Below the pieces are notes generated by a model. That model saw nothing but the letters and a program-made list of their open reading frames with translations, had not been told where the DNA came from and did no database searches. From the NCBI GenBank assembly GCA_949287225.1, contig CASEFP010000120.1:265-64264 (forward strand): DNA of 64,000 nt, given 5' to 3'. Shown piece after piece: positions 7,417-16,684 of the stretch (position 1 is the stretch's first letter; every line of letters begins with the position of its first letter). Made by a program: the position numbers and the translations under genes. The stretch comes from an uncultured Lentisphaeria bacterium (GTDB lineage: Bacteria; Verrucomicrobiota; Lentisphaeria; Victivallales; UBA1829).

Positions 7417-9687
7417 ATGAAAAGAAATCTGAGCATCTGTATTCTGCTGTTGGCCATCTGTTCCGCTGCGTCGCCGTTTCGGACCGTTCTTCCGGAACGG
7501 GCGCAGCCGCATGAAACAACAGCCGAAAAAGAACTCACTCATTACCTGAATCTGGTTGCTGAGCAGGGATTGACTGTGGGCGGCAATGCTTCCTGCGTCT
7601 TCCATATCGGCGATACGCCTCTGGCGCGTGAGAAGGGGCTTTCCCCCGATCGCCTGCGGGATGAGGAGTGGGTCGTGAAATCCTTCAGCCGGAATATTGT
7701 CATCTCCGGCGGAGGAACACGCGGCACGCTGTACGGGGTTTACAATTTTCTGGAAAAGCAGTGCGGAATCCGCTGGTGGAATCCGGAAGAGGAATATGTG
7801 CCGGAGACAAAATCCCTCTCGCTTTCCGCGCTTGACATGCGTGGAAAACCCGTCTTCATCTACCGGAATGTCTACCGCTGGCCGATGGCGGACGATATGG
7901 GGCGTTTTGCCGCGCGCAGCAGAATCAACCACAACGGCCCGAACCGTATTGCCAGCCAGTATGGAGGAGCCTTTTACTACGGGCCGCCGAAGCATGTCCA
8001 CACCTTTGATGAATACATCCCCGAGGCGAAATACAGAAAAGAGCATCCGGAATATTTCGCACTGGTCGGCGGAGAGCGCAAAGGCGGTAATTTCCGCGGA
8101 CAGCTCTGCCTTTCCAATCCGGAGGTCAGGACGGTGTTTCTGAACCGTCTTTACCGGAACATCCGGGCGGGGAGACACATGGCTGTCTTTTACGAGACCG
8201 CCGAGCCGCGTCTTTACGACATCTCGCAGAACGATGATGCAAAGCCCTGTTCCTGTCCGGGATGTCTTGCTCAGATTGAAAAACACGGATATTCCGGGCA
8301 GATTCTGCTGTTTGTCAATTCTCTTGCGCGCGAAGTGAGAAAAACGCATCCCGACATCATGCTGACGACTCTGGCATACGGCTATTCTCTTCCGCCGCCG
8401 AAGGATGACATCCGCGCGGAGGACAATGTGATTGTGAAGATCTGCCGCAACGCGACAAATGCCGGAGTTTCCATTCATCACAGGGATAATGCGGTATTCG
8501 CCGATACATTGCGCGCCTGGAAAAAACATGCCGCGAATCTTTTCATCTGGGATTATGCGGTTTCATACTGGGACGGCATCAAGGGGCTTCCATTCGCCAG
8601 CGAGCTGAGCTATCAGGAGAAACATCGCTTTTATCATGCGAACAGTGTCACCGGTGTCTTCTGGGAGCATGAATATCCGCATTTAGCCGACATGTACGAC
8701 CTGAAAGTCTATCTGGAAGCCAGATTGATGGAGAATCCGGATCTTGACTTTGACGGTCTCCTGGGTGATTTCATGGAGAAATACTACGGTTCCGCGGGAA
8801 AATATGTCTATGCATATCGGAAGCGCATTGACCGTGCCATGTTGGAAAACAAGGGATACATCGGCGGAAATCCGCGTCTCTGCACGTTCGAATATCTGGA
8901 TGAGAACACGATGCTGGAGTGTCACGAACTGATGGATCAGGCGGAAAAGGCCGTCAAAGATTCGCCTCTTTTTGTCCGCCGGGTGCGGAGGGCGCGTCTG
9001 GGACTTGACCGTTTCACCTGCCGCAAAGGCGCGGGAAGGCCCCTCCCTTACTTCGGCGGGAATCTTCCTCCTTCCAGACTGGATTTCGCCTCTGCGGAAA
9101 AACGGGTCATGGAATATCTGCCGGACGCGTGGAAAATTTTTCCGCCGAGCAGGGATCGCGATGTCCTTCAGAAAGAAATTGAGCTTGAAATCAGGCAGTA
9201 TCATATTCCCGCCTTGAAAAAAACGCTTCCGGTTCCGGAAAAATTCCGGGGCAGGCGCGGATTCGATTTCAATGCGAATTATTTCGAGGATCATTCTCAT
9301 GGCAGACACAAACTGGTCAAGGTCACGGACAATGAATCCGGTCTTGCCGTCAAAATCGACTGTTCCGATCCGAAATACTATCGCCTGCCCTGGGAAATGG
9401 GATTTTACAATACCGCAGCGGCAAAAGGGTTCAACTGGATCAAAATCGGGAAACCTGCCGGGAAGGGGTATCATTGGTACCCGCTTGGACATGCGGAGAA
9501 TCTCCGGGATTCCTTCCTGCTCCTCAATGCCGCCTGGGCAACGCAGTTCCATTTCCTCTGGGATGAAGTCCTGAACAGGCCCTTCGAGGTATGGGTCTCT
9601 CTGAAATTCGAAGGGAAAGACTTTTTCCCAGAGGATAAAAGAGAGAGCGCCGTCTACCTGGAACGTGCCGTATTTCTTGAACCGTAA
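7417..9687 (+). CDS. DUF4838-type secreted glycan-active protein (GH67/GH20-N-like N-terminal domain)
   Basis: ORF 7399..9687. The start is taken at MKRNLSICILLLAICSAA (signal peptide). The N-terminal pattern VISGGGTRGTLYGVYNFLEKQCGIRWWNPEE is characteristic of DUF4838 proteins. It is a paralog of 56846..59266. The family call is from memory, not from a search. Confidence 0.75.
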   Translation: MKRNLSICILLLAICSAASPFRTVLPERAQPHETTAEKELTHYLNLVAEQGLTVGGNASCVFHIGDTPLAREKGLSPDRLRDEEWVVKSFSRNIVISGGGTRGTLYGVYNFLEKQCGIRWWNPEEEYVPETKSLSLSALDMRGKPVFIYRNVYRWPMADDMGRFAARSRINHNGPNRIASQYGGAFYYGPPKHVHTFDEYIPEAKYRKEHPEYFALVGGERKGGNFRGQLCLSNPEVRTVFLNRLYRNIRAGRHMAVFYETAEPRLYDISQNDDAKPCSCPGCLAQIEKHGYSGQILLFVNSLAREVRKTHPDIMLTTLAYGYSLPPPKDDIRAEDNVIVKICRNATNAGVSIHHRDNAVFADTLRAWKKHAANLFIWDYAVSYWDGIKGLPFASELSYQEKHRFYHANSVTGVFWEHEYPHLADMYDLKVYLEARLMENPDLDFDGLLGDFMEKYYGSAGKYVYAYRKRIDRAMLENKGYIGGNPRLCTFEYLDENTMLECHELMDQAEKAVKDSPLFVRRVRRARLGLDRFTCRKGAGRPLPYFGGNLPPSRLDFASAEKRVMEYLPDAWKIFPPSRDRDVLQKEIELEIRQYHIPALKKTLPVPEKFRGRRGFDFNANYFEDHSHGRHKLVKVTDNESGLAVKIDCSDPKYYRLPWEMGFYNTAAAKGFNWIKIGKPAGKGYHWYPLGHAENLRDSFLLLNAAWATQFHFLWDEVLNRPFEVWVSLKFEGKDFFPEDKRESAVYLERAVFLEP

Positions 9688-9726
9688 TGCGCTTCCCCTG
9701 CGCTGAGGAAAACGGGGAGGGAAAAT

Positions 9727-10079
9727 GGAGACGGCGGCGGTAAGCCGGATTCTGTTCCTCCTCCGAAGAAGAGGCGGCGACCATCTGTCTATGCGACCAG
9801 AACCCGGGATTCAAACGCCGCGAGCAACGGCTCATCCCCTATTTGGTCTTGCTCCGGGAGGGGCTTGCCTTGACGGAGGGAATTGCTTCCGCTCCCGGCG
9901 GGCTCTTGCCCCGCCTTTTCACCCTTGCCGGATTCGCATCCGGCGGTATGCTTTCTGTTGCGCTTTCCTTTCCGGGGCATATCGTCCCCGGCATCCCCTT
10001 GTGCAGGGGACTCCCCGCTCTGTGGAGTCCGGACTTTCCTCCGGCCCGACAGGACCGGCGGCCGCCTGCCGCCGTCTCC
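9727..10079 (-). ncRNA. rnpB: RNase P RNA, bacterial type A
   Basis: The reverse complement reads GGAGACGGCGGC...GGAGGAAAGUCCGGACUCCACAG...GCAACAGAAAGCAUACCGCC...GGCAAGGGUGAAAAGGCGGGGCAAGAGCCCGCC...CCCGGAGCAAGACCAAAUAGGGG...ACAGAAUCCGGCUUACCGCCGCCGUCUCC. All universally conserved RNase P blocks are present. The P1 helix forms between the 5' GGAGACGGCGGC and the 3' GCCGCCGUCUCC. The ends are good to within a few nt. Confidence 0.93.
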
Positions 10080-10196
10080 GGCGTCAATATACGTCCAATT
10101 CCGGGAATTTCCAGTCCCGCGGGATTGTTTTTCCCGTTTTGTGCGCTATCTTACTATCCCGGACGGCAGATCCCGACAACGGAGCGGAAAACTGGT

Positions 10197-10901
10197 ATGA
10201 ATGATGACATTTTCAAGCGGATTGATTTTTCTCTGGACATCAGACGTCTCAACGGCGGCAAACTCATCGAGATCACGCCCTGCGTCGAGGTCGATGCGGA
10301 AAAGCCGGCCACGCTTATCGCCTCGTTTCAGATCGACGGCATGGAACTCATTGAATCCGCGCGCGTTGTAATTGCTCCCGGCCATAACCGCGTCCCGCTC
10401 CGCGAAAAGGCCCGGATCGGAAACCCGAATCTCTGGAATGTCCATACCGCGGGGCGTCCCTCGCTTTATGAAATGAGCCTGATCTTCCATAAAAACGGAG
10501 AGGCGCATCACAGCATCCGCAAAGTCGTCGGCATCCGCTTCCCCGAGTGGACCGGCGGAAAAAAACTGCGGATCAACGGAGCCGATCCTCTGCTGAAACT
10601 CTGGGATTTCGATACCGTTCCGGCAGAAAGCGAGCTGGAAAAACGCTGCCGCGCCGAAGGATTCAATTTTACAATGCTGAATGATACGCACGAAGCGCTG
10701 GAAGAAATTCTGACGCTCTGCGACCGCGTCGGAATCGCCGCCGCAATCGAACTCTCGGGGGCGGTTTCTCCGTCCATCCTCGAACTGCACCCGTCGGTCT
10801 GTCTGTTCCACGCGGGAAAGGAGAGTCCCGGACATCATGTCTGCCGGGGCGCGGCATCGGCAATCCCGTTCCTTCTGACGGAAGAACTGTCCGTGCTGTA
10901 A
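10197..10901 (+). CDS. Glycoside hydrolase family 2-like fragment (234 aa; possibly a gene remnant)
   Basis: The ORF-track ORF 9843..10901 overlaps rnpB in its first about 118 codons. The plausible start is ATG 10197 (MNDDIFKR). The sequence (NPNLWNVHTAGRPSLYEMSLIF..., IRKVVGIRFPEW..., KLRINGADPLLK) resembles the Ig-like domain and the beginning of the TIM barrel of GH2 enzymes. The sugar-binding N-domain and the catalytic core are absent. Confidence 0.5.
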   Translation: MNDDIFKRIDFSLDIRRLNGGKLIEITPCVEVDAEKPATLIASFQIDGMELIESARVVIAPGHNRVPLREKARIGNPNLWNVHTAGRPSLYEMSLIFHKNGEAHHSIRKVVGIRFPEWTGGKKLRINGADPLLKLWDFDTVPAESELEKRCRAEGFNFTMLNDTHEALEEILTLCDRVGIAAAIELSGAVSPSILELHPSVCLFHAGKESPGHHVCRGAASAIPFLLTEELSVL

Positions 10902-10939
10902 GAACAGAGGGAGGTCGGAAAAAGAGTGCCTCCGGGCCT

Positions 10940-11743
10940 TTACGCTTTCCTTCCCAGCTGGAGATCCAATGTGTCGCGGATGGTGATCTGACCGCCGTGT
11001 TTCCGGATCGCCTTTTCCATTTCGGCGAAGAATTCCTTCCGCACTCTTTCTTCGATGGCGATATGATCGGAATAGGTGCCGAGCAGCATCACATACTCCT
11101 TTGCGGAGAGAATGCGCGTCCGGTAAAACAGGGTGCTTGTGACATCCCGGAAGCCGTATTGCTCCATCGCGCGGGCTTTCCTGTCCGCCTGTTCTCCTGC
11201 ATATTCGCGGGGCGGTTCGGATTGCCTGTTGTAAAATCTGTCATAATACGTTTCGTAGAGGCGGTCGATCTCCGCGGCGAGAGCGGGATTGTCCGCGCTG
11301 CGGAAGGGATGGTTGGCGAACTGCGCGAATGCGCCGCCCTTTTTCAGCATGGCAAGAATCTTCGGGCAGCCGATCGCTTCCGGCACCCAGTGAAAGGCGG
11401 TTGCGGCAAACACCAGATCATAAGTGTCTGCGGCAAAGTCGACGTTCTCAAAGCGATCCGTGATCAGGGAGAAGCTGGGGTAATCCTGAAATTTTTCCCG
11501 GCATAATCCGGAAAGGGCTCTGCCCGGTTCCACCGCCGTGAGACGGCATCCGGTTTTCAGAAAGGGCAACGTCGCCTGTCCCGCGCCCGGGCCGATTTCG
11601 ACGACACGGCTCGATTCCCTTAACGGGACGTAATTGAAAACTGTCTGATACAGCGCATCGGGATACCCCGGCCTGATTTTCTCATACAGGGAAGAGGCCG
11701 TATCAAAAGTCCACCCCAGTCCTTCCATCTGCGTCATATCCAT
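10940..11743 (-). CDS. Class I SAM-dependent methyltransferase
   Basis: 267 aa with SAM-binding motif I (VVEIGPGAGQATLPFL) and downstream methyltransferase motifs (DLVFAATAFHW). Confidence 0.85.
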   Translation of the reverse strand: MDMTQMEGLGWTFDTASSLYEKIRPGYPDALYQTVFNYVPLRESSRVVEIGPGAGQATLPFLKTGCRLTAVEPGRALSGLCREKFQDYPSFSLITDRFENVDFAADTYDLVFAATAFHWVPEAIGCPKILAMLKKGGAFAQFANHPFRSADNPALAAEIDRLYETYYDRFYNRQSEPPREYAGEQADRKARAMEQYGFRDVTSTLFYRTRILSAKEYVMLLGTYSDHIAIEERVRKEFFAEMEKAIRKHGGQITIRDTLDLQLGRKA

Positions 11744-11758
11744 ATTTCGGGCGGGAGT

Positions 11759-12313
11759 TCACTCTCCCGCGCGTGCGTGAAGCGTTTTCATCGCCATCGA
11801 AAACGCCTCCATCGTGAGTTCCGCATCGTATCCGGCGCGGTGCGGGCGCGCCTCGTCGATCTCCTGGCCGAGCCCGAGCGCCTGACGCAGGAACTGCAAA
11901 CTGTAACTCGAGAGCCCCGGATAAGCCTTGCGGATCAGGACAATGCTGTCGTAGGCGCCGGTTTTCCAGAGCGGAAGCCCGACGCGCGCCAGACTCTCCT
12001 GAAGAAAACTCAAGTCGAACCGCGCGTTGTGCGCGACGAGTTTCGAACCGCGCGCGAAGTCGAGGAAACGGTAGGCGGCGTCCGAAAACGACGGAGCATC
12101 CGCCACCATGCGGTCGTCGATGCCGTGGACGCGCGTCACCTGATACGGGATCGGCATTCCCGGATTGACCAGCGTTTCAAAGCGCGTCCAGACGCCGTCG
12201 CGGTCGACGCGCACCGCGCCGATCTCGACAATCCGGTCGCGGACGGGGCTCATTCCGGTGGTTTCGACGTCGAACACCGTGAACGGCCCCATGGCATGCC
12301 ATGCGGAAGCCAT
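11759..12313 (-). CDS. DEDDh 3'-5' exonuclease (DnaQ/epsilon-like)
   Basis: 184 aa. Exo I is FDVETTG, Exo II is VAHNARFDLSFL and Exo III is HRAGYDA. Confidence 0.85.
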   Translation of the reverse strand: MASAWHAMGPFTVFDVETTGMSPVRDRIVEIGAVRVDRDGVWTRFETLVNPGMPIPYQVTRVHGIDDRMVADAPSFSDAAYRFLDFARGSKLVAHNARFDLSFLQESLARVGLPLWKTGAYDSIVLIRKAYPGLSSYSLQFLRQALGLGQEIDEARPHRAGYDAELTMEAFSMAMKTLHARAGE

Positions 12314-12316
12314 GCC

Positions 12317-13294
12317 TTATCTGTCCCCGTATCCGTCCGGATGTTTCCGGAGCCACTTCCAGACGGATTCGATGATCGCGCCGGCGTTTTCATATTCGGG
12401 CTTCCAGCCGAGCTCTTTTTTCGCGAGGTCGGAGCAGGCGATCAGGCGCGGCGGGTCGCCGGGACGGCGCGGAACCACGTCCGCCGGGATCGGATGGCCC
12501 GTCACTTTGCGCGCGGTGTCGAGAATCTCCTTCACGCTCAGGCCGGCGCCGGTGCCGAGGTTGTAGTGTCCGCTTCTCGGCGCATAGAGCGCTTTCTCGT
12601 GCGCCTGCGCAAGGTCGAGGATATGGATGTAGTCGCGGATGCACGTTCCGTCCGGCGTGTCGTAGTCGTCGCCGAAGATCATGGCCTTTTCGCGCCTGCC
12701 CTGCGCGACCTGGAGCAGAATCGGAATCAGATGGGATTCCGGATGATGATCCTCTCCGAAGTTCTCGGTCGCGCCCGCCGCGTTGAAGTAGCGGAGCGCC
12801 ACATATTTGAGTCCGTAGATTTTACTGTACCATTTCAGGACCTTCTCAAAGCAGAGCTTCGACTCCCCGTAGGGATTGATCGGAAGCTGTTCGGCTGTTT
12901 CCGCAATCGGAATTTCCTTCGGTTCACCGAAGGTCGCGGCGGTGCTGGAGAAGACGAACGCCTGCACCTTGCCCTCGACGGCGGCGTCCGCTAGATTGAT
13001 CGCGTTGGCGAGATTGTTGCGGAAGTATTTGCCGGGATCCTTCATGGACTCTCCGACGAGGGAGAAGGCGGCGAAGTGCATCACGGCGTCATAGCTGCCG
13101 TTCCGGAAGATGTCCAGAAGTTTTTCCCGGTCGGCGAGATCGCCCCGGATGAAGGTCGCGCGTTTGTCAATCGCCTTTTCGTGCCCGGTCACGAGGGAGT
13201 CGAACACGGTGACCTGATATCCTTTGTTGAGCATGTACTCGGTGCATGCGCTGCCGATGTAACCGGCGCCGCCGGCGATGAAGATCTGTTTCAT
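12317..13294 (-). CDS. galE: UDP-glucose 4-epimerase
   Basis: 325 aa with a Rossmann GGAGYIGS motif, a YGESK catalytic motif and GalE-like sequence along its full length. Confidence 0.92.
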   Translation of the reverse strand: MKQIFIAGGAGYIGSACTEYMLNKGYQVTVFDSLVTGHEKAIDKRATFIRGDLADREKLLDIFRNGSYDAVMHFAAFSLVGESMKDPGKYFRNNLANAINLADAAVEGKVQAFVFSSTAATFGEPKEIPIAETAEQLPINPYGESKLCFEKVLKWYSKIYGLKYVALRYFNAAGATENFGEDHHPESHLIPILLQVAQGRREKAMIFGDDYDTPDGTCIRDYIHILDLAQAHEKALYAPRSGHYNLGTGAGLSVKEILDTARKVTGHPIPADVVPRRPGDPPRLIACSDLAKKELGWKPEYENAGAIIESVWKWLRKHPDGYGDR

Positions 13295-13355
13295 TGCGCT
13301 TTCCTCCTTGGTTTTATGTCACTATAACGCATGCGGGTTCAGGTTGCAACCCGCT

Positions 13356-14282
13356 TCACATCAGAAAATAGAGAAAAAGGGGAACTGTCACGATGCACGC
13401 CACCGTCGAAAAGAGCACGGACTGCCCGGCGAAATCGGGACAGCCGCCATATTTGCGGACGATCAGCACCGACGTGCAGGAGGCAGGCATCAGCGAGACG
13501 ATCAGCGCCACATGATAAACCAGCGGTTCCAGAGGCAGAAGGTGCAGCAGCATCACCGTGAGGAACGGCAGGATGATCAGGCGCGTGACGAGCGTGTAGA
13601 GTGCATCGAAGCGGTGGGTCAGCATCCGGATTCCGGTCTTGTACATCGACGCCCCGATCAGCAGGAGCGAGAGCGGAACCGAGAGAGCACCGAGCTTTTC
13701 AAAAATGTGCATCCCGAAGGCGGGCACCTGAACTCCGGTGAACACGCAGAGCAGGGCCAGAACAACCGCCGCCATGTTTGTCGAGCAGACATTCCGGATG
13801 ACGCGTCTGTAATCGCGTCCCGCGAGCACGCCGACGCCGAACGTCCAGAAGCCGACGGTCGAGCCCACGGTCAGGAGCATCAGCGCCGCGACCGCCTTTT
13901 CACCGAAGAGATTCCCGAGCACCACCAGCGGCAGAAAGATGTAGTTGTTCGCGATGGCAAGATGGAGGAATGTTCCGTTCCGCCGCGGCGATTTGTCATG
14001 AAGCCCGTAGACCAGGACATAGCCGCAGAGCGCGCCGAACGCCATGATTCCGATTCCGAGAAGCGGCAGCTGCCAGATCGCGGCAAGGTCCTTTGCCGTA
14101 AAGTTTGTCACGATGCTTGAGAAGGTCAGGAACGGCAGAAGCATGTCGATCGAAAGCCGTCCGAGCTTTCCGAGATCGTTGTCCTCGAGCATCTTCAGGC
14201 GGTAGGCCCAGGCGCCGAAGCCGAAGAAAATGAAGGTTTCCAGAATTGCCAGAATCACCTTCCAGAGCATGTCCGTATTCAT
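13356..14282 (-). CDS. AEC (auxin efflux carrier) family transporter
   Basis: 308 aa polytopic membrane protein with about 10 TM segments in two halves. The N-terminus ILETFIFFGFGAWAYRLKML is typical of the AEC family. Confidence 0.75.
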   Translation of the reverse strand: MNTDMLWKVILAILETFIFFGFGAWAYRLKMLEDNDLGKLGRLSIDMLLPFLTFSSIVTNFTAKDLAAIWQLPLLGIGIMAFGALCGYVLVYGLHDKSPRRNGTFLHLAIANNYIFLPLVVLGNLFGEKAVAALMLLTVGSTVGFWTFGVGVLAGRDYRRVIRNVCSTNMAAVVLALLCVFTGVQVPAFGMHIFEKLGALSVPLSLLLIGASMYKTGIRMLTHRFDALYTLVTRLIILPFLTVMLLHLLPLEPLVYHVALIVSLMPASCTSVLIVRKYGGCPDFAGQSVLFSTVACIVTVPLFLYFLM

Positions 14283-14450
14283 CGCAGAAATCGTCTCCGT
14301 AAAAATTGAAGCATATAATATACCGCGTTTTTCCCCGCATTCAATGTTTGCGGACTTGATTTCCCTTCAAAACATGCTAAAATCCCCTGTTTTCAATGTT
14401 GAAAAGAGAAAGGCGCCTCCATGGAAACGCAGTCGGGAAATGACGGGTCG

Positions 14451-15167
14451 ATGAATCTCAGCAAATACCTGAGCGCTTCCGGCGTCTGTTCCCGGCGCGG
14501 CGCGGCGGAACTGGTCGTGTCCGGCGTCGTTTCCGTGAACGGCACGCCTGCGCGGAGTCCCGCCGAACGGGTCGCGCAAAAGGACCGCGTGACCGTGCGC
14601 GGAAAAGTCGTTTCGCCTGTCCGGGAATATGTCTATATCATGCTCCACAAACCGCGCGGCTATGTCTGCACGATGGAGGATCCCCATGCGAAAAAGAAGG
14701 CGGTCGACCTGATTCCGCTTTCCCGGGAGGTCCGGATTGTTTCCGCCGGGCGTCTGGACAAGGACAGCGAGGGACTGATCCTCTTTTCCAACGACGGAAG
14801 TTTCATTGCCAGAATGACCCATCCCCGCTACGAGGTGCGCAAAATCTACCGTGTCAGCACGGACGGCGACCTCTCTCCCGAGGCGGTCCGGTGCCTGATG
14901 CACGAGGGGGTCCGCAGCGGCGGAGATCTCCTGAAAGCCGAACGCGTCGAACGTCTGGCACCTGGAAAATACGAATTCACATTGCACGAAGGAAAAAACC
15001 GCGAGGTGCGGCGGATGCTGGAGGCCTGCGGACGGGAGACGCGACGTTTGAAACGCGTTGCGGTCGGAGGACTTCGCCTCGGGGGACTGCCGCCGGGCGC
15101 ATGGCGCTTTCTCTCCACGGACGAGGTGCGTCTTGCGCTGGGGGACCCCTCCGGAAGCCATCTGTAA
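14451..15167 (+). CDS. RsuA/RluB-family pseudouridine synthase with an S4 domain
   Basis: ORF 14421..15167. The start is taken at MNLSKYLSASGVCSRR (S4 domain). It has the catalytic motif GRLDKDSEGLILFSNDG and the conserved block EGKNREVRRM. Confidence 0.88.
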   Translation: MNLSKYLSASGVCSRRGAAELVVSGVVSVNGTPARSPAERVAQKDRVTVRGKVVSPVREYVYIMLHKPRGYVCTMEDPHAKKKAVDLIPLSREVRIVSAGRLDKDSEGLILFSNDGSFIARMTHPRYEVRKIYRVSTDGDLSPEAVRCLMHEGVRSGGDLLKAERVERLAPGKYEFTLHEGKNREVRRMLEACGRETRRLKRVAVGGLRLGGLPPGAWRFLSTDEVRLALGDPSGSHL

Positions 15168-15304
15168 CTCCTCCCTGATTTTCCGGAAACGGAAAAATGC
15201 AGAGCATTTTCTCTGGGGCAAGGGCCGGAGGCGAGACGCCGGCCGCGCTGAGCGCGAAATCCCCGTCAGGAGTTTCTTCCCTTGCTTATACGCCGCGCGT
15301 TTGG

Positions 15305-16384
15305 TTATTTCCCCGCTTCAAAATACCCTTTTTCCGAATTGAACACGAGTTTTCCCCTGTTCTCCTCATACCATTTCCCCAGCATGGCGGAATCGGAGAG
15401 CGGCGTCAGCAGCAGAAGGGCGTTCATACGGGCGGTATCGTTTGCGAATATCCGGCGGTTTTCGACAAGAAAAGCGAAAGCGGGAAGAAATCCTTTCTGT
15501 GCCAGGGTAAATGCCGTATCGGCATTTCTCCAGAGATCGAAATGATTTCCTGCTCCGGCGCTGGTGAAGCGCCAGTATTTTTCCATGAATGCCTGACGTT
15601 CCGCCGGAGCGAGTCCGTCCAGAACAAGATTCAGGGATTCATTCGTGACATTGCGGTTTTCAAGAAGCTGTTTTTTGATCACGGGGAGGGCCTCCTTTTC
15701 GATACCAAGACGTTTGACGCAGCTCGCCAGTCCGGGGATGCCGGGGAGCAGGCGCAGCACGTCCGCGCGGTCCGAGGCATCCGCCATGTTCATATAAAGA
15801 TTGAGGACAGTGTAACGTCTGGCGGGATTGGTTTCGAGCATCTTCTTCAGAAGCGCTTTGTCCGAAGGCCTGACCAGACGTGCCGCCGCCTCCTGGAAAT
15901 ATTGCGATTTCCCGGCATGGGAAAGGATGTCTTCGAAATATTCATGCCCGAGATTCACCAGGGAATTGATCAGGCGGATGCGCAGTTTTTCCGAATTGCC
16001 ATTTATGCGCAGCGAGCTGATTTCATTGATGAATTTCCGCTTCTGCTCCGCGGTCGCGTTCGGCGGCGGTGTGATCAGGTCCAGATAACGCCCGATGACG
16101 GGAGCGGGAATATTGCCGTATTCCTGCAGATCGAAAAGTTCATGCAGCGAGATGAATTCCAGATCCCGTTTCCTTTTCTCCGCCTCCGCCTCTGCCTGAA
16201 ACGCCCGGAACTCTTTCCGCGTCTCTTCAAGAAGGGTCGCATTCCGGACAACTTCCGCCTGAAGCGCGGTCATGCGCTCGTTCATTTCCGTGCGATCCTT
16301 CTGAAACGTGTCCGTGGATACGCAGGCGGACAGCACAAGTGTCAGAAAAGCGGCGCCTCCCGCCGTCAGTGCTCTGCAAGACAT
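15305..16384 (-). CDS. Hypothetical lipoprotein (coiled-coil N-terminus, helical repeat body)
   Basis: 359 aa with a signal peptide and lipobox LSAC (AAFLTLVLSACVSTD). I recognise no family. Confidence 0.6.
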   Translation of the reverse strand: MSCRALTAGGAAFLTLVLSACVSTDTFQKDRTEMNERMTALQAEVVRNATLLEETRKEFRAFQAEAEAEKRKRDLEFISLHELFDLQEYGNIPAPVIGRYLDLITPPPNATAEQKRKFINEISSLRINGNSEKLRIRLINSLVNLGHEYFEDILSHAGKSQYFQEAAARLVRPSDKALLKKMLETNPARRYTVLNLYMNMADASDRADVLRLLPGIPGLASCVKRLGIEKEALPVIKKQLLENRNVTNESLNLVLDGLAPAERQAFMEKYWRFTSAGAGNHFDLWRNADTAFTLAQKGFLPAFAFLVENRRIFANDTARMNALLLLTPLSDSAMLGKWYEENRGKLVFNSEKGYFEAGK

Positions 16385-16684
16385 TGGATATTTCCTTTCG
16401 TTGCTGGAAAAATAAAGCAGTGAATTGCATAGAATAGGTCAGAGAAAGCGGATATTCAAGCTCGCGGAACGAGAAATCATCAAAAAAACACTCCGGATAT
16501 CAGGCTGTTCCATCTGAGAAACGGTATCCCTTGCCTCATTATCCCTGTTGTGCCGCAGTTTGCGGATTTGTATTTTCCGTATTGTTATGATAGAAAAAGA
16601 TGGTGGCACGCGGTCATGCGGGAGAGAACGCTGTTTTCATCCGGACGCGTTTTCTTCCCGCATCCGGATGGAAATATTTCCTGT

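Noticed and set aside
9725-10204. ORFs 9725..10204, 9883..10200 and the first 118 codons of 9843..10901
   Set aside because: They overlap the RNase P RNA gene on the opposite strand. The peptides are Pro/Arg/Gly-rich and have no start context.
16597-16612. TGGCAC...TGC sigma-54-like motif on the plus strand
   Set aside because: The GG-to-GC spacing is 11 nt rather than 10. It also points into a region with no plus-strand gene.
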